From Deltaproteobacteria bacterium TL4 (lineage in GTDB: Bacteria; SAR324; NAC60-12), in contig JBBCAX010000399.1 of the NCBI GenBank assembly GCA_051382335.1, positions 1 to 50,377 of the forward strand: a stretch of 50,377 nt of DNA, given 5' to 3'. Each line of letters starts with the position of its first letter. Position 1 is the stretch's first letter. This document shows, piece after piece, positions 9,989 through 18,911 of the stretch. A model generated the notes under the pieces. It was not told the DNA's origin. It searched no databases and saw only the letters and a list, made by a program, of their open reading frames with translations. The translations under genes were made by a program, and so were the position numbers.

Positions 9989-10999
9989 ATGAGTCACTCA
10001 GTCATCACCCTGGATCACGGGAGCGGCGGTGTCGCCTCAAGGCAACTGCTCTATGAGGTCTTTGGAAAATGGTTCTCCAATGGTTATCTTCAGCACTATG
10101 CTGATGGCGCGGTCTTACCTTTCGAAAATCAAAACATTGCGTTTACTACCGATTCTTTTGTGGTTACCCCTTTGTTCTTCCCTGGAGGAAGCATTGCTTC
10201 CCTGGCGATCAATGGAACCGTTAACGATCTATGCATGGTGGGAGGGATTCCTCAGTTTTTGTCCTCGGCGTTTCTCATCGAAGAAGGTTTTTCTTTAGGG
10301 TTACTGGAGCAGATTGTCCAGGAAATGGCACAAGCGGCACAGCGGGCCGGGGTGCTCGTGGTTACGGGCGATACCAAAGTGTTACCGAAAGGAACGCTGG
10401 ATGGTCTGATCATAAACACCACGGGAATTGGCCGTATTCCACAAGCGGTTCAACTGGGGAAAAAACAGGTCCAGATAGGAGATCATATTCTCATCAATGG
10501 AACGATTGCTGATCATGGCATCACCATCTTGTCCGTTAGAGAAGAATTAGACGGAGTAGAAGCGCTTGGGTCTGATTGTGCGCCTTTGAATTCTCTACTC
10601 ACCCCGTTACTCGAAAAATATCAAACCATCCATTTTTTAAGAGATCCTACCCGTGGAGGGGTTGCCGCTGTTTTGAATGAATTAGTTGAAGCGATGGAGT
10701 TTGGTGTGGTCCTGAATGAAGAAGCCATCCCGATCAAACTCCCTGTCAAAAAGCAAAGTGAACTCTTGGGAATTGACCCCCTTTACGTTGCGAATGAGGG
10801 CAAAGTGATCTTGGTCTGTGCCCCTGAAGACAGCGCGGAGATACTGGACCTCATGCAGGCCCATCCTTTGGGAAAAGAGGCTCAGAAAATAGGAGAAGTG
10901 TTTGGTGCCAACAAAGGGAAAGTGTTTCTGAAAACAGTGTATGACTCCTATCGAAGAGTGGATATGCCTCAGTATGAACAACTTCCACGCATCTGTTGA
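9989..10999 (+). CDS. hypE: Hydrogenase maturation carbamoyl dehydratase HypE
   Basis: HGSGG, TTDSFVVTPLFFPGG, GTVNDL, VTGDTKV, RDPTRGG, ANEGK and C-terminal LPRIC. Confidence 0.97.
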   Translation: MSHSVITLDHGSGGVASRQLLYEVFGKWFSNGYLQHYADGAVLPFENQNIAFTTDSFVVTPLFFPGGSIASLAINGTVNDLCMVGGIPQFLSSAFLIEEGFSLGLLEQIVQEMAQAAQRAGVLVVTGDTKVLPKGTLDGLIINTTGIGRIPQAVQLGKKQVQIGDHILINGTIADHGITILSVREELDGVEALGSDCAPLNSLLTPLLEKYQTIHFLRDPTRGGVAAVLNELVEAMEFGVVLNEEAIPIKLPVKKQSELLGIDPLYVANEGKVILVCAPEDSAEILDLMQAHPLGKEAQKIGEVFGANKGKVFLKTVYDSYRRVDMPQYEQLPRIC

Positions 11000-11003
11000 T
11001 TCT

Positions 11004-11840
11004 ATGAAATGCGATTTTTCCTCTCTAAAATGCCTTTTTCTGGTCTCGTCCTTTAATGGCTTAAGTCAAAAAGTATGGTGCAATTTAGCTTTGCTGTTCC
11101 AATCCTCAAAGCTCATGCTAGGCCTTGATGAAAAAGCCCTACAAGCTTACCAGCCTGATTTAATTCTGTGTCCTTACCTTTTAGACTACTTACCAGAAAC
11201 GGTTTGGAAGAAAACCCCGTGTTTTATTGTACATCCTGGTCCTGTTGGTGATCGAGGCCCGAGTTCCTTAAACTGGGCTGTGTTAGAAGGTAAAGCGCAA
11301 TGGGGCGTCACCATCCTGGAAGCCAAAGCGGAATGGGATGCCGGACCTGTCTGGGCAACAGGATCCTTTGCTATGCCTCAAGCCTCAGTGGCTCATATCT
11401 ATCGCACCCTCGTTGCGGATCAGGTATTAGAACTTCTGCCTCAAGCCGTTGAACGTTATTTCAGCAAGCAGCCGTCAATTCCTCAAATAAAAGGCACCTA
11501 TCGAAAACGAATCCACACCCAGGACTTATTTTTTTCATGGCAGGAAAGCACACAGAGCATCTTGGTAAAAATAAGAGCAGGAGACAATCACCCAGGAACC
11601 TTGGGGATGATTGACCATCAACAATACTATTTATACGGAGCGTCGCAAGGCACGTTAACAGGAAAACCCGGAAGTCTTCTTGACGAACATTGGGGAGAAA
11701 TCTGCGTCGCAACCGGGGATGCCAGTATTTGGATCAGCCGAATCGCACTCCCTGGCGGCGTTAAACTCCGTCCCCACACCTTGCTGGCTTTGGGCGATGC
11801 TCCTCCCCATGAAAGAAAGGAAGGGGGTCCACCCCGATGA
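11004..11840 (+). CDS. hypX: Stand-alone N-terminal (formyltransferase) half of HypX/HoxX
   Basis: SSFNGLSQK, ILCPYL, IVHPGPVGDRGPSSLNWA, WGVTILEA..EWDAGPVWA, KIRAGDNHPG, ICVATGDASIWI. ATG lies 4 bp after the hypE stop. Confidence 0.88.
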   Translation: MKCDFSSLKCLFLVSSFNGLSQKVWCNLALLFQSSKLMLGLDEKALQAYQPDLILCPYLLDYLPETVWKKTPCFIVHPGPVGDRGPSSLNWAVLEGKAQWGVTILEAKAEWDAGPVWATGSFAMPQASVAHIYRTLVADQVLELLPQAVERYFSKQPSIPQIKGTYRKRIHTQDLFFSWQESTQSILVKIRAGDNHPGTLGMIDHQQYYLYGASQGTLTGKPGSLLDEHWGEICVATGDASIWISRIALPGGVKLRPHTLLALGDAPPHERKEGGPPR

Positions 11841-11926
11841 ACCCCGACGATCCCTCTTCTCCGAAATGAAATCCGGTGCGACTACAGTTCTTGCTTTTCA
11901 AACTGTCCGTTCAGGCGGGTGGCCTC

Positions 11927-12328
11927 TCAGAAAGGAATCTCCTCAAGGTCGTCAGGGATATATGAGTTTTCGTAGGATTCAATGGGAGGAATGTTTTCGG
12001 AGTGTGTATTAGGAGCCTTCGCTTCATTTACATGAGGTTGATTCTTATCATTTGCTGTAAGTCTCCAGGCCTGGAGTGAATTGAAGTAAACGGTTTTATT
12101 ATTTTTAGGATCCAGCCATTTTCGGCCTTTCAGATTAAATTCGATGGTTATCATCTGTCCAATTGAAAAATTGTCAAGAATGTTGCAGGTTTTTTGGGTA
12201 GCTTCGAACTTAATGTATTCTGGATAGGATAGATTTTCCGCATACTCAATGACGAACTCTCGTTTTTGGAATTTTTCAGATATATTTTGCGTCTCGTTTA
12301 TTTCAATAAGCTTTCCGGTGATTTGCAT
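11927..12328 (-). CDS. DUF3127-family protein (OB-fold-like, SSB-type acidic tail)
   Basis: MQITGKL...FQKREFVIE..YPEYIKFE...FNLKGRKW...YFNSLQAWRL; ends DDLEEIPF. Confidence 0.85.
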   Translation of the reverse strand: MQITGKLIEINETQNISEKFQKREFVIEYAENLSYPEYIKFEATQKTCNILDNFSIGQMITIEFNLKGRKWLDPKNNKTVYFNSLQAWRLTANDKNQPHVNEAKAPNTHSENIPPIESYENSYIPDDLEEIPF

Positions 12329-12599
12329 GATATCTTCTAAGTTAGAGGTTATTGACAGGTAGATCAATAAAAAGGGAACAATGGTGTTTTCCAAGAAAGG
12401 AACTTTGATAGCATGAAAAAGCAAAAAAACAAATTATAAAATATAGTTGAGGCTGTCTAAAAACTGTGCCATAAAGTCGAACGCTGGGAATACGGCTGTT
12501 CTTATGCTGAAGAGATTTTGTGAAACGGATCTGTACTGAAGGGATTGCTGGAATCCAAGTTTTTGTGGGCGTTCGAGAGGAATGAATGGGAATCAAAAA

Positions 12600-12729
12600 A
12601 ATATTGTTCATGTCTGTTTTTCAATATCCAGAACTTGTGAAGGAGTTTTCGCATACTTTGAAGCAAATCAAAGACGAGGGAAGGGCTAGCAAAATTTCGG
12701 GAAAGTATGGAATTAAATATCGAAAATAA
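12600..12729 (+). pseudogene. Frameshifted C-terminal remnant resembling a family-3 substrate-binding domain
   Basis: Reads NIVHVCF / QYPELVKEFSHTLKQIKDEGRASKISGKYG across two frames, resembling the terminal helices of SBP_bac_3 proteins. Confidence 0.4.
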
Positions 12730-12887
12730 GAGACCATGCCGGATAAAAAACGGTTAAGGACGATCGGCCAAGGGTGTGATTTTCTCTCTTTTCTCCTGAA
12801 ATCAACTTTTCTTTTCGCAAGGTTGGATTGACGTTTCCAGGAGCGCAATGGCTGTGATAACTTAAGACCCAATGATTCCGAAATAAA

Positions 12888-12902
12888 AGACGCCAGATGT
12901 CT
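12888..12902. promoter_or_regulatory. Candidate sigma54-activator binding site AGAC-N7-GTCT
   Basis: AGACGCCAGATGTCT, same architecture as 18148-18162, about 170 bp upstream of a -24/-12 site. Confidence 0.4.
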
Positions 12903-13069
12903 TATACAGCAACAGAGCTCTTAGGCGTGAATCTTCCTGAATTGTACAGGGGGACACCTCTTTTGTGAGGTTGTTTTGCGCACTCAAAATGGAGCAACAA
13001 GACTACCGGTTCTCCTGAAAAAAAGGGGAACGTCTCCATGCGTTATGTTTCTGAATCCTGAGCAGGTCA

Positions 13070-13085
13070 TGGCATTAAAATTGCG
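13070..13085 (+). promoter_or_regulatory. Sigma54 (-24/-12) promoter facing ptsP
   Basis: TGGCATTAAAATTGCG, correct GG-N10-GC spacing. Confidence 0.6.
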
Positions 13086-13207
13086 TTTAGTACTACATTA
13101 AAGAAAAGGATTTCTGCGTCTGCCAAGTTTTAGACATTGTTGGTTTTAAATCGGTGATCATTCTGAGAACTCCTAGAATTCTTACAGACGGCATCAGGCC
13201 GGCTATA

Positions 13208-13397
13208 TAGATGTTCATTTAAATATATTCAGAAAATTCATCCTGTTGCGTGATCCGTTTAAACAACGCTTTTTCAGGAGTGCCAAAGCTTGCTTTGGCC
13301 AGAAAGGCGATGGCCTTTCTTTGGCTTTGGCCAAAGCAAGCTTTAGCACTCCACAGTCTAGCTTAGACTCAAGTGGATTTATTTAAATGAACGTCTA
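13208..13397 (+). mobile_element. MITE family A, copy 2 (190 bp, uninterrupted) with GGAG-type REP doublet at 13277-13352
   Basis: TIR TAGATGTTCATTTAAATA / TATTTAAATGAACGTCTA (17/18) with TA on both sides; internal GGAGTGCCAAAGCTTGCTTTGGC...GCCAAAGCAAGCTTTAGCACTCC. Confidence 0.9.
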
Positions 13398-13588
13398 TAG
13401 ACTGAATTTAGCGGTGTAGTGGTCCAGCAAAAATTTTGCCCCGTGACTGATCACTCCTCCGCAGTGCAAGTTCATTTTAGCCGCCAAAATCGCGAAAGAA
13501 TCGAAAGAAAGGTGCTGCCCCCAGAAGAAACTTATCGGACCGCCTATCTCTAATAATCAACTTTTTGCACAGAAAGCTTGTTAGTACC

Positions 13589-15865
13589 ATGAAGCGTGAC
13601 TATCTGAATCTACTTTGTGATGTAGGAGAACTCATTTCCTTGCTTGCTGGAAGCACAAATATTGAAAATTTTCTTCAACGTTTGGTGATTACGGTCTCCC
13701 ACCATTTGAATACTAATGTGTGTTCGATTTACCTTTATGACGACATGGCAAAAGAATTGGTGTTGCGCGCAACCACAGGACTTAAACATGAAATGATCGG
13801 GATCATCCGATTAAAAGAAGGGGAAGGTCTGGTGGGAATGACCTTGAAAGAACGCCATCCGATTCTTGACAATCATGCCAGCAAGAATCCTCATTTTAAA
13901 TACTTCCCGGAGGCCGGAGAAGAGCCCTTCGAGTCATTTCTGGCAACCCCCATTCTGAGAGAAAACGAGAAAATTGGGGTATTGGTACTGAGACGTCTGG
14001 AAAGTAATTATTTTGGTCAGGATGATGTCGTCGCTTTGAGAGCCATAGCCGCTCAACTGGCGGGAACTATCGAAAACGCGCGTATTTTACTCAGCTTTCA
14101 TGAAGAACACCAACCCCATCAAAAAAACAAGCATCAAATCAAAATGATGATCGGTGAAGTCGCCTCAACAGGTTTCTGCTATGGTTCTGCTGAGGTACTG
14201 AGTGATGTTCCGGGTTTATTTACTGGTATCGAACAAGACGTTACAAACAAACTCACACTGCAGGATCTTCTGCTCGCCATTGAAAAGACCAGCCAACAGA
14301 TTGAGCAATTGCAGATTCACATTGCGGAACGACTTCCGGAAGTGGTTTCTTTGATTTTTAATGTTCATCTTTTGATGTTGAAAGATCAGAGTTTCACGGG
14401 CGCAATGATCCAAAAAGTTGAGGACGGAATGGCTGTGGTGACCGCCGTTCAGCAGGTCACACAGTACTTTGTGGGGTTTTTCTCAAATAGCCAAGCCGTC
14501 TATATGCGAGAAAAATCGAAAGATGTCAAAGATGTCAGTCGCCGGATTATGGACAACCTGTCGTTCCGGGAAGAGACTTCTAATAATCTAATGAAAGGGA
14601 CCATTATTATTGCGAGAGATCTGTATCCCTCTGACATTGTCAAGTTTACGATTGAAGGGATCGTCGGCATGGTCCTGGTTGGCGGCGGACTCACCAGTCA
14701 TATCTCCATTATTGCCCGTTCTTTACACATTCCGTTAATCATTGTGGAGAATGAGGCGCTGTTGTCTATTAAAAAAGGGTCTTTAATTCTGATTGATGGT
14801 GAGGGCGGAACGGTCTATATCGAGCCCACCCGCAAAATCGTCCAAACGGTTAGTAAGTCTAATCAGACAAAGAAACAAAACGAGATTCTCTTTGAGAAAA
14901 TGCGAGAAACAACCCTAACGGCAGATGGTTGTCAAATTCATCTGATGGCCAACATCAACCTGCTCAGTGAAGTTTCCTTGGCGTCTCAATTAAAAATCGG
15001 AGGAATCGGTTTGTATCGCACTGAGTTTCCTTTTTTAGTTCGTCATTCGCTCCCCTCAGAAGAAGAACAGTACCAGATCTATGCTCAGTTGTTTAAACAA
15101 ATGGAGGGAAAAGAAATTACGTTTCGTACACTTGATGTGGGTGGTGAGAAATCGTTGTCCTATTATGATCAAAACCGTGAAGCTAATCCCGAATTGGGGT
15201 TACGTTCCATCCGTTTTTCTTTTGAGCATCGAGATATCTTTGAACAGCAAATTAGAGCCATTCTAAGAGCGGGTACTGATGCCACCAACTTCAGAATCAT
15301 GTTTCCAATGATCTCCTCTCTTGATGATTTCCGCCTTGCAAAGCAAGTGGTGCTTGACTGTATCACACAACTCAAACAGGAACTTCTACCTCATCATCGA
15401 AAGCCTGCGATAGGGATGATGGTTGAACTTCCCTCAGTGGTTGAAACGATTGATGAGTTCGCACGCGAAGTCGATTTTTTCTCTATTGGCACCAATGACT
15501 TTATTCAATTCATGTTGGCTGTTGATCGAGCTAATGAGAAAGTTGCCTCATACTACTGTGGCCACCATCCCGCAGTCTTACGGGCATTGGCCAAGATTGT
15601 TTCAGCGGCGCTAAAGGAGAATAAGGATATTTCTGTTTGTGGTGAAATGGCGCACCAAGAGGAATACATTCCTTTCCTGCTGGGGATAGGCATCCGGAAG
15701 CTAAGCGTTGATCCTCAGTTCATTCCCAAAGTACAGGCGTACATTGAAAAGTTAGCAATTTTCGAAGTTGAAACAAATGCACGTTTGTTATTGAAAGAAA
15801 GTTCAATCGCCGGGATTGAAAAGATCCTTCATAAACATAGTTCCAAGGGGAATCGCACGGTCTAA
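13589..15865 (+). CDS. ptsP: PEP--protein phosphotransferase with N-terminal GAF domain (enzyme I-Ntr)
   Basis: GAF (VCSIYLYD..LVLRATTGL..GEGLVG), phospho-His motif GGLTSHISIIARSL, GLYRTEF, RTLDVGGEK, SIGTNDFIQF, VCGEMA. Confidence 0.95.
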   Translation: MKRDYLNLLCDVGELISLLAGSTNIENFLQRLVITVSHHLNTNVCSIYLYDDMAKELVLRATTGLKHEMIGIIRLKEGEGLVGMTLKERHPILDNHASKNPHFKYFPEAGEEPFESFLATPILRENEKIGVLVLRRLESNYFGQDDVVALRAIAAQLAGTIENARILLSFHEEHQPHQKNKHQIKMMIGEVASTGFCYGSAEVLSDVPGLFTGIEQDVTNKLTLQDLLLAIEKTSQQIEQLQIHIAERLPEVVSLIFNVHLLMLKDQSFTGAMIQKVEDGMAVVTAVQQVTQYFVGFFSNSQAVYMREKSKDVKDVSRRIMDNLSFREETSNNLMKGTIIIARDLYPSDIVKFTIEGIVGMVLVGGGLTSHISIIARSLHIPLIIVENEALLSIKKGSLILIDGEGGTVYIEPTRKIVQTVSKSNQTKKQNEILFEKMRETTLTADGCQIHLMANINLLSEVSLASQLKIGGIGLYRTEFPFLVRHSLPSEEEQYQIYAQLFKQMEGKEITFRTLDVGGEKSLSYYDQNREANPELGLRSIRFSFEHRDIFEQQIRAILRAGTDATNFRIMFPMISSLDDFRLAKQVVLDCITQLKQELLPHHRKPAIGMMVELPSVVETIDEFAREVDFFSIGTNDFIQFMLAVDRANEKVASYYCGHHPAVLRALAKIVSAALKENKDISVCGEMAHQEEYIPFLLGIGIRKLSVDPQFIPKVQAYIEKLAIFEVETNARLLLKESSIAGIEKILHKHSSKGNRTV

Positions 15866-15988
15866 GGTGGGAAAAGGAAGGCCTTCCACAAGCTCTCAGC
15901 TATTCCTCCCCACCTCCTCGAAAAACGACTCCAGCTTAAAAAATTTCCTTTCCGGAAAGTTTTTTTGGAGTCCTTATCTCCAATGGGG

Positions 15989-16405
15989 TCAATTCGGATC
16001 AGAAGATTCTTCGTCAGCAGGCTCTGTTTCCTCAGGTAATACCTCTATTCCGTCAGTAGGCTCGTCAATAAGCTCTTCGGGAGAGTCTGAAGATTGCGTC
16101 TTAAGCTCTTTCACAGGCAAAACCGCCTCTTCTGAGACGTCTTGGGAAGCATCTGAATCCTCACTCATTTTTTCCATTTCTTCTTCAGGCATCCCAGAAT
16201 TAACCGCATTAGACTGTTCAACCTCCTGAACTGCAGAAGGCATGACCGTTGGTGCTGCTTCCTTTGATGACGGTATACTAACGTCTTCAGATTTTTCGGT
16301 AGAAGAAGACGTGGCTTTTTCCGAACTTCGAATACATCCGCTTAGTCCCAAAATCAAACAGGTTATGAACATAAACCATAATCCATACATTTCATATCTT
16401 TTCAT
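15989..16405 (-). CDS. Hypothetical acidic, low-complexity lipoprotein
   Basis: Signal peptide with lipobox LSGC followed by an S/E/D/P-rich tail; sigma54 promoter upstream. Confidence 0.7.
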   Translation of the reverse strand: MKRYEMYGLWFMFITCLILGLSGCIRSSEKATSSSTEKSEDVSIPSSKEAAPTVMPSAVQEVEQSNAVNSGMPEEEMEKMSEDSDASQDVSEEAVLPVKELKTQSSDSPEELIDEPTDGIEVLPEETEPADEESSDPN

Positions 16406-16478
16406 TTTTTTCCTTTCCAGCAATTAACATTTTTCTTTGAGCTTTATTTCTCATTAGTACTCCCACCTACCCTGTCTC

Positions 16479-16494
16479 AGCAATCTTTATGCCA
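16479..16494 (-). promoter_or_regulatory. Sigma54 (-24/-12) promoter of the lipoprotein gene
   Basis: Minus strand TGGCATAAAGATTGCT, near consensus. Confidence 0.8.
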
Positions 16495-16546
16495 TTAAAA
16501 AGACAACTGAAATCTATGATATTTTTTACATGAACACGCACCAATA

Positions 16547-16561
16547 AGAAATAGAATGTCC
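16547..16561 (-). promoter_or_regulatory. Candidate upstream activator sequence
   Basis: Minus strand GGACATTCTATTTCT, 14/15 identical to 18106-18120. Confidence 0.55.
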
Positions 16562-16570
16562 TATAGCCTC

Positions 16571-18016
16571 TTACGCTGAGGATTTTTTTGAAGCGACAAG
16601 TACTTTAAATTCTTCTTTGTTGATCCCATATTTGGAAAGCATTCGGTGCAGTTGGCGTGTCGTGATTCCCGCCGTTTGAGCGGAATTGTTAATGCGCCCC
16701 TGATGTGCGGCTAACAATTCTTTCAAATATTGACGTTCGAAATTGTCAACCGCTTTCTCACGGGCTTTGGCTAAGTTGAGACCCGTATCCACAGGCAATC
16801 GGACATTAATTTCATCAGAGCTGATGAGATCGTGGGGAAGGCTTTCAGGAGTCAAGACTGAGGAGGATTCCAAGATAAAAGCGCGTTCAATGATATTTTC
16901 GAGTTCCCGAATATTCCCAGGCCAACCGTATTGGTCAAAGGCCGCTTCGACATCAGGACTCATACCTGAAATACTCTTGGGATAGTGCTGATTGTAACGT
17001 TTCAAAAATTCATCAACGAGAAGAGCAATGTCTTCTCTCCTCTCTCTCAAGGGAGGAATATGGATGGAAAACACATTCAAACGATAGTAAAGATCACTTC
17101 TAAACTTTCCTTCCTCACTTAACTGTTTCAGGTCGGCATTCGACGCCGCGATAACCCGTATATCCACCTTGATATCAACGGAACCTCCAACCCTTTGAAA
17201 CATCTTGTCTTGAAGCACTTGCAGCAGTTTAATCTGAGCCGAAGGGGTCATTGTGCCCACTTCATCCAGAAAAATAGTCCCACCATTCGCAATTTCAAAT
17301 TTACCTAACTTTCTTTGGAAAGCATGAGTAAACGCCCCCTTTTCATGACCAAAAAGTTCGCTTTCCAAAAGAGAATCGGCAATGGCGCCACAATGGACAT
17401 GAACAAAGGGTTTATCACTTCGATTACTGTAATTATGAATGAGTTTGGCAATGATGCCTTTGCCTGTTCCTGTTTCTCCCGAAATCAGGATAGTCATTTG
17501 AGTGGGCGCAACTTTTTGAACCGTATCAAAGACAAGCTGCATCGTTTTATTATTCGTTTTGACCACACCCCGGTGTTCCTGTTTCCAAAATTCGTTTCGA
17601 AGATACCCCAATTCGCTTTTAATCTTCATGAATTCAGCGGTGCTGTCGAGAACATGTTTGATCTCAATGGGATCCACGGGATAGCTCAGATAATCTGTTG
17701 CGCCGGCTTTGACCATGTGAACCGCATCTCTCAAGAGCGATTGAGGCGATAAAATGACAACAGGCGCCGTTGGAAAACTTTTCCAGAACTTCTGCAAGAG
17801 TTTTTTATAGTCATTTTCCTGACATTTTTCCAAACCAAGGAATTGATTAATGAGAGAAATATCAAGGAAGGTATACTCTTGACGCTTCTTATGGAAGTTA
17901 AGCAGGCAGTCTTCCAAATTGGAGGTGGAAAAGACTTTATACTCATCCTCGAGTGACGTTTTAATCGTGTCAATAGCAGCATTATTTTTTGTAGCAATCA
18001 AAACGGATTTTGTCAT
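16571..18016 (-). CDS. Sigma54-dependent response regulator (REC-AAA+-Fis HTH, NtrC family)
   Basis: GETGTGKG, ESELFGHEKGAFTHA, FLDEVG, FRSDLYYRLNV, WPGNIRELEN and C-terminal HTH. Confidence 0.95.
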   Translation of the reverse strand: MTKSVLIATKNNAAIDTIKTSLEDEYKVFSTSNLEDCLLNFHKKRQEYTFLDISLINQFLGLEKCQENDYKKLLQKFWKSFPTAPVVILSPQSLLRDAVHMVKAGATDYLSYPVDPIEIKHVLDSTAEFMKIKSELGYLRNEFWKQEHRGVVKTNNKTMQLVFDTVQKVAPTQMTILISGETGTGKGIIAKLIHNYSNRSDKPFVHVHCGAIADSLLESELFGHEKGAFTHAFQRKLGKFEIANGGTIFLDEVGTMTPSAQIKLLQVLQDKMFQRVGGSVDIKVDIRVIAASNADLKQLSEEGKFRSDLYYRLNVFSIHIPPLRERREDIALLVDEFLKRYNQHYPKSISGMSPDVEAAFDQYGWPGNIRELENIIERAFILESSSVLTPESLPHDLISSDEINVRLPVDTGLNLAKAREKAVDNFERQYLKELLAAHQGRINNSAQTAGITTRQLHRMLSKYGINKEEFKVLVASKKSSA

Positions 18017-18105
18017 TTTTATACTCTAAATGGTTTTATAAAAACTACTAGAACTCAGCATAGTAAACTGCTTTTTGTGATAAGGCTACTCCGCTCAAGG
18101 GATTC

Positions 18106-18162
18106 GGACATTTTATTTCTACTTTTTTTAGCGGGGCCTACGGTAACAGACCAAGAATGTCT
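18106..18162 (+). promoter_or_regulatory. Two candidate upstream activator sequences
   Basis: GGACATTTTATTTCT (18106-18120) and AGACCAAGAATGTCT (18148-18162), upstream of the -24/-12 site. Confidence 0.55.
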
Positions 18163-18213
18163 TGTTTTTACGTTTATACTCAATAATTACAGTATAATCA
18201 GTATGTTAGCTCG

Positions 18214-18229
18214 TGGCCTGTCTGTTGCA
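18214..18229 (+). promoter_or_regulatory. Sigma54 (-24/-12) promoter
   Basis: TGGCCTGTCTGTTGCA, GG-N10-GC, divergent from the activator gene. Confidence 0.7.
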
Positions 18230-18384
18230 ACACTGCTACTAGCCTAAAGCGGGACAATGACTTTACTAATAGTGCTCATGATCTTAGTCCCAAAACAATC
18301 CGATTGCGATTAAGGTAGGTTAATCATGAGATGCTTTGAAGCATTAAGAAACAATCACCAGTTCTGACTTCATTGGAGTTGAGC

Positions 18385-18630
18385 ATGAGTAAAAAAAGCA
18401 TTACAGGGATTGTTGGTCCAGCTGATTGGGATTCAAAAGGCAATGTTGTTACAATCGCATTGTTTGCACCAGATGAAAAAAAATATTTGATTAAAAATAC
18501 CCCCAAAGGGCGTAAGTTATTCAAGCATGTTGGACAACAAGTAGCCGTCATCCCCAAGAAAAATGAAAGATATTTCGAGAATCTACAAATTGAGGTCTCA
18601 AAATTCTGCCTAGAAGAAATTCAACTTTAG
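18385..18630 (+). CDS. Small hypothetical protein (ITGIVGPADWD..GNV motif)
   Basis: 81 aa with a GGAG RBS, downstream of a sigma54 promoter; composition suggests a beta-rich fold. Confidence 0.7.
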   Translation: MSKKSITGIVGPADWDSKGNVVTIALFAPDEKKYLIKNTPKGRKLFKHVGQQVAVIPKKNERYFENLQIEVSKFCLEEIQL

Positions 18631-18647
18631 GATCTTCCCCCGTGCCT

Positions 18648-18788
18648 TTAAGGCACGCACTCGATCTTTCTTTTGTGGGTCTTGGCATATCGTTCAATAA
18701 ACTCAATAATCTTGACGGCGATATTGAGATTTGATGTGGTTTCAAGGCCTTCGAGTCCTGGAGAAGAATTGATTTCGAGCACAAGTGT
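18648..18788 (-). pseudogene. rimK: C-terminal remnant of a RimK ATP-grasp ligase
   Basis: Minus frame not in the ORF track reads [34 protein letters not shown], the RimK E(V/I)NSSPGLEG signature; an in-frame stop lies immediately upstream. Confidence 0.8.
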
Positions 18789-18911
18789 TTACATTAAACA
18801 CATTCATCAGCTCAAACTGCCGACTTGGATTTGAACGCCTAGAAGCTTATAGTCATTCTTAGTTCATTGTTCAATCTATTATTGAGAAGTATTTCCAACT
18901 CCCCTTTAAGA

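Noticed and set aside
10941..11003. N-terminal extension of the HypX N-half ORF
   Set aside because: Overlaps the hypE 3' end; HypX-like sequence begins after ATG 11004.
12449..13136. GAGGCTGTCTAAAAACT (IS5/IS1182-like end) with a partial inverted match AGTTTTAGACA near 13126-13136
   Set aside because: The match is short and gapped, the outer bases are missing, and there is no target duplication or transposase remnant.
13400..13553. Short open frame after MITE A copy 2, as a gene broken by the insertion
   Set aside because: Removing the MITE and one TA leaves a stop codon at the junction in that frame, and no family is recognisable.
18806..18830. Minus-strand GTTCAAATCC resembling a tRNA T-loop
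   Set aside because: The T-stem does not pair and no cloverleaf or acceptor stem is present.
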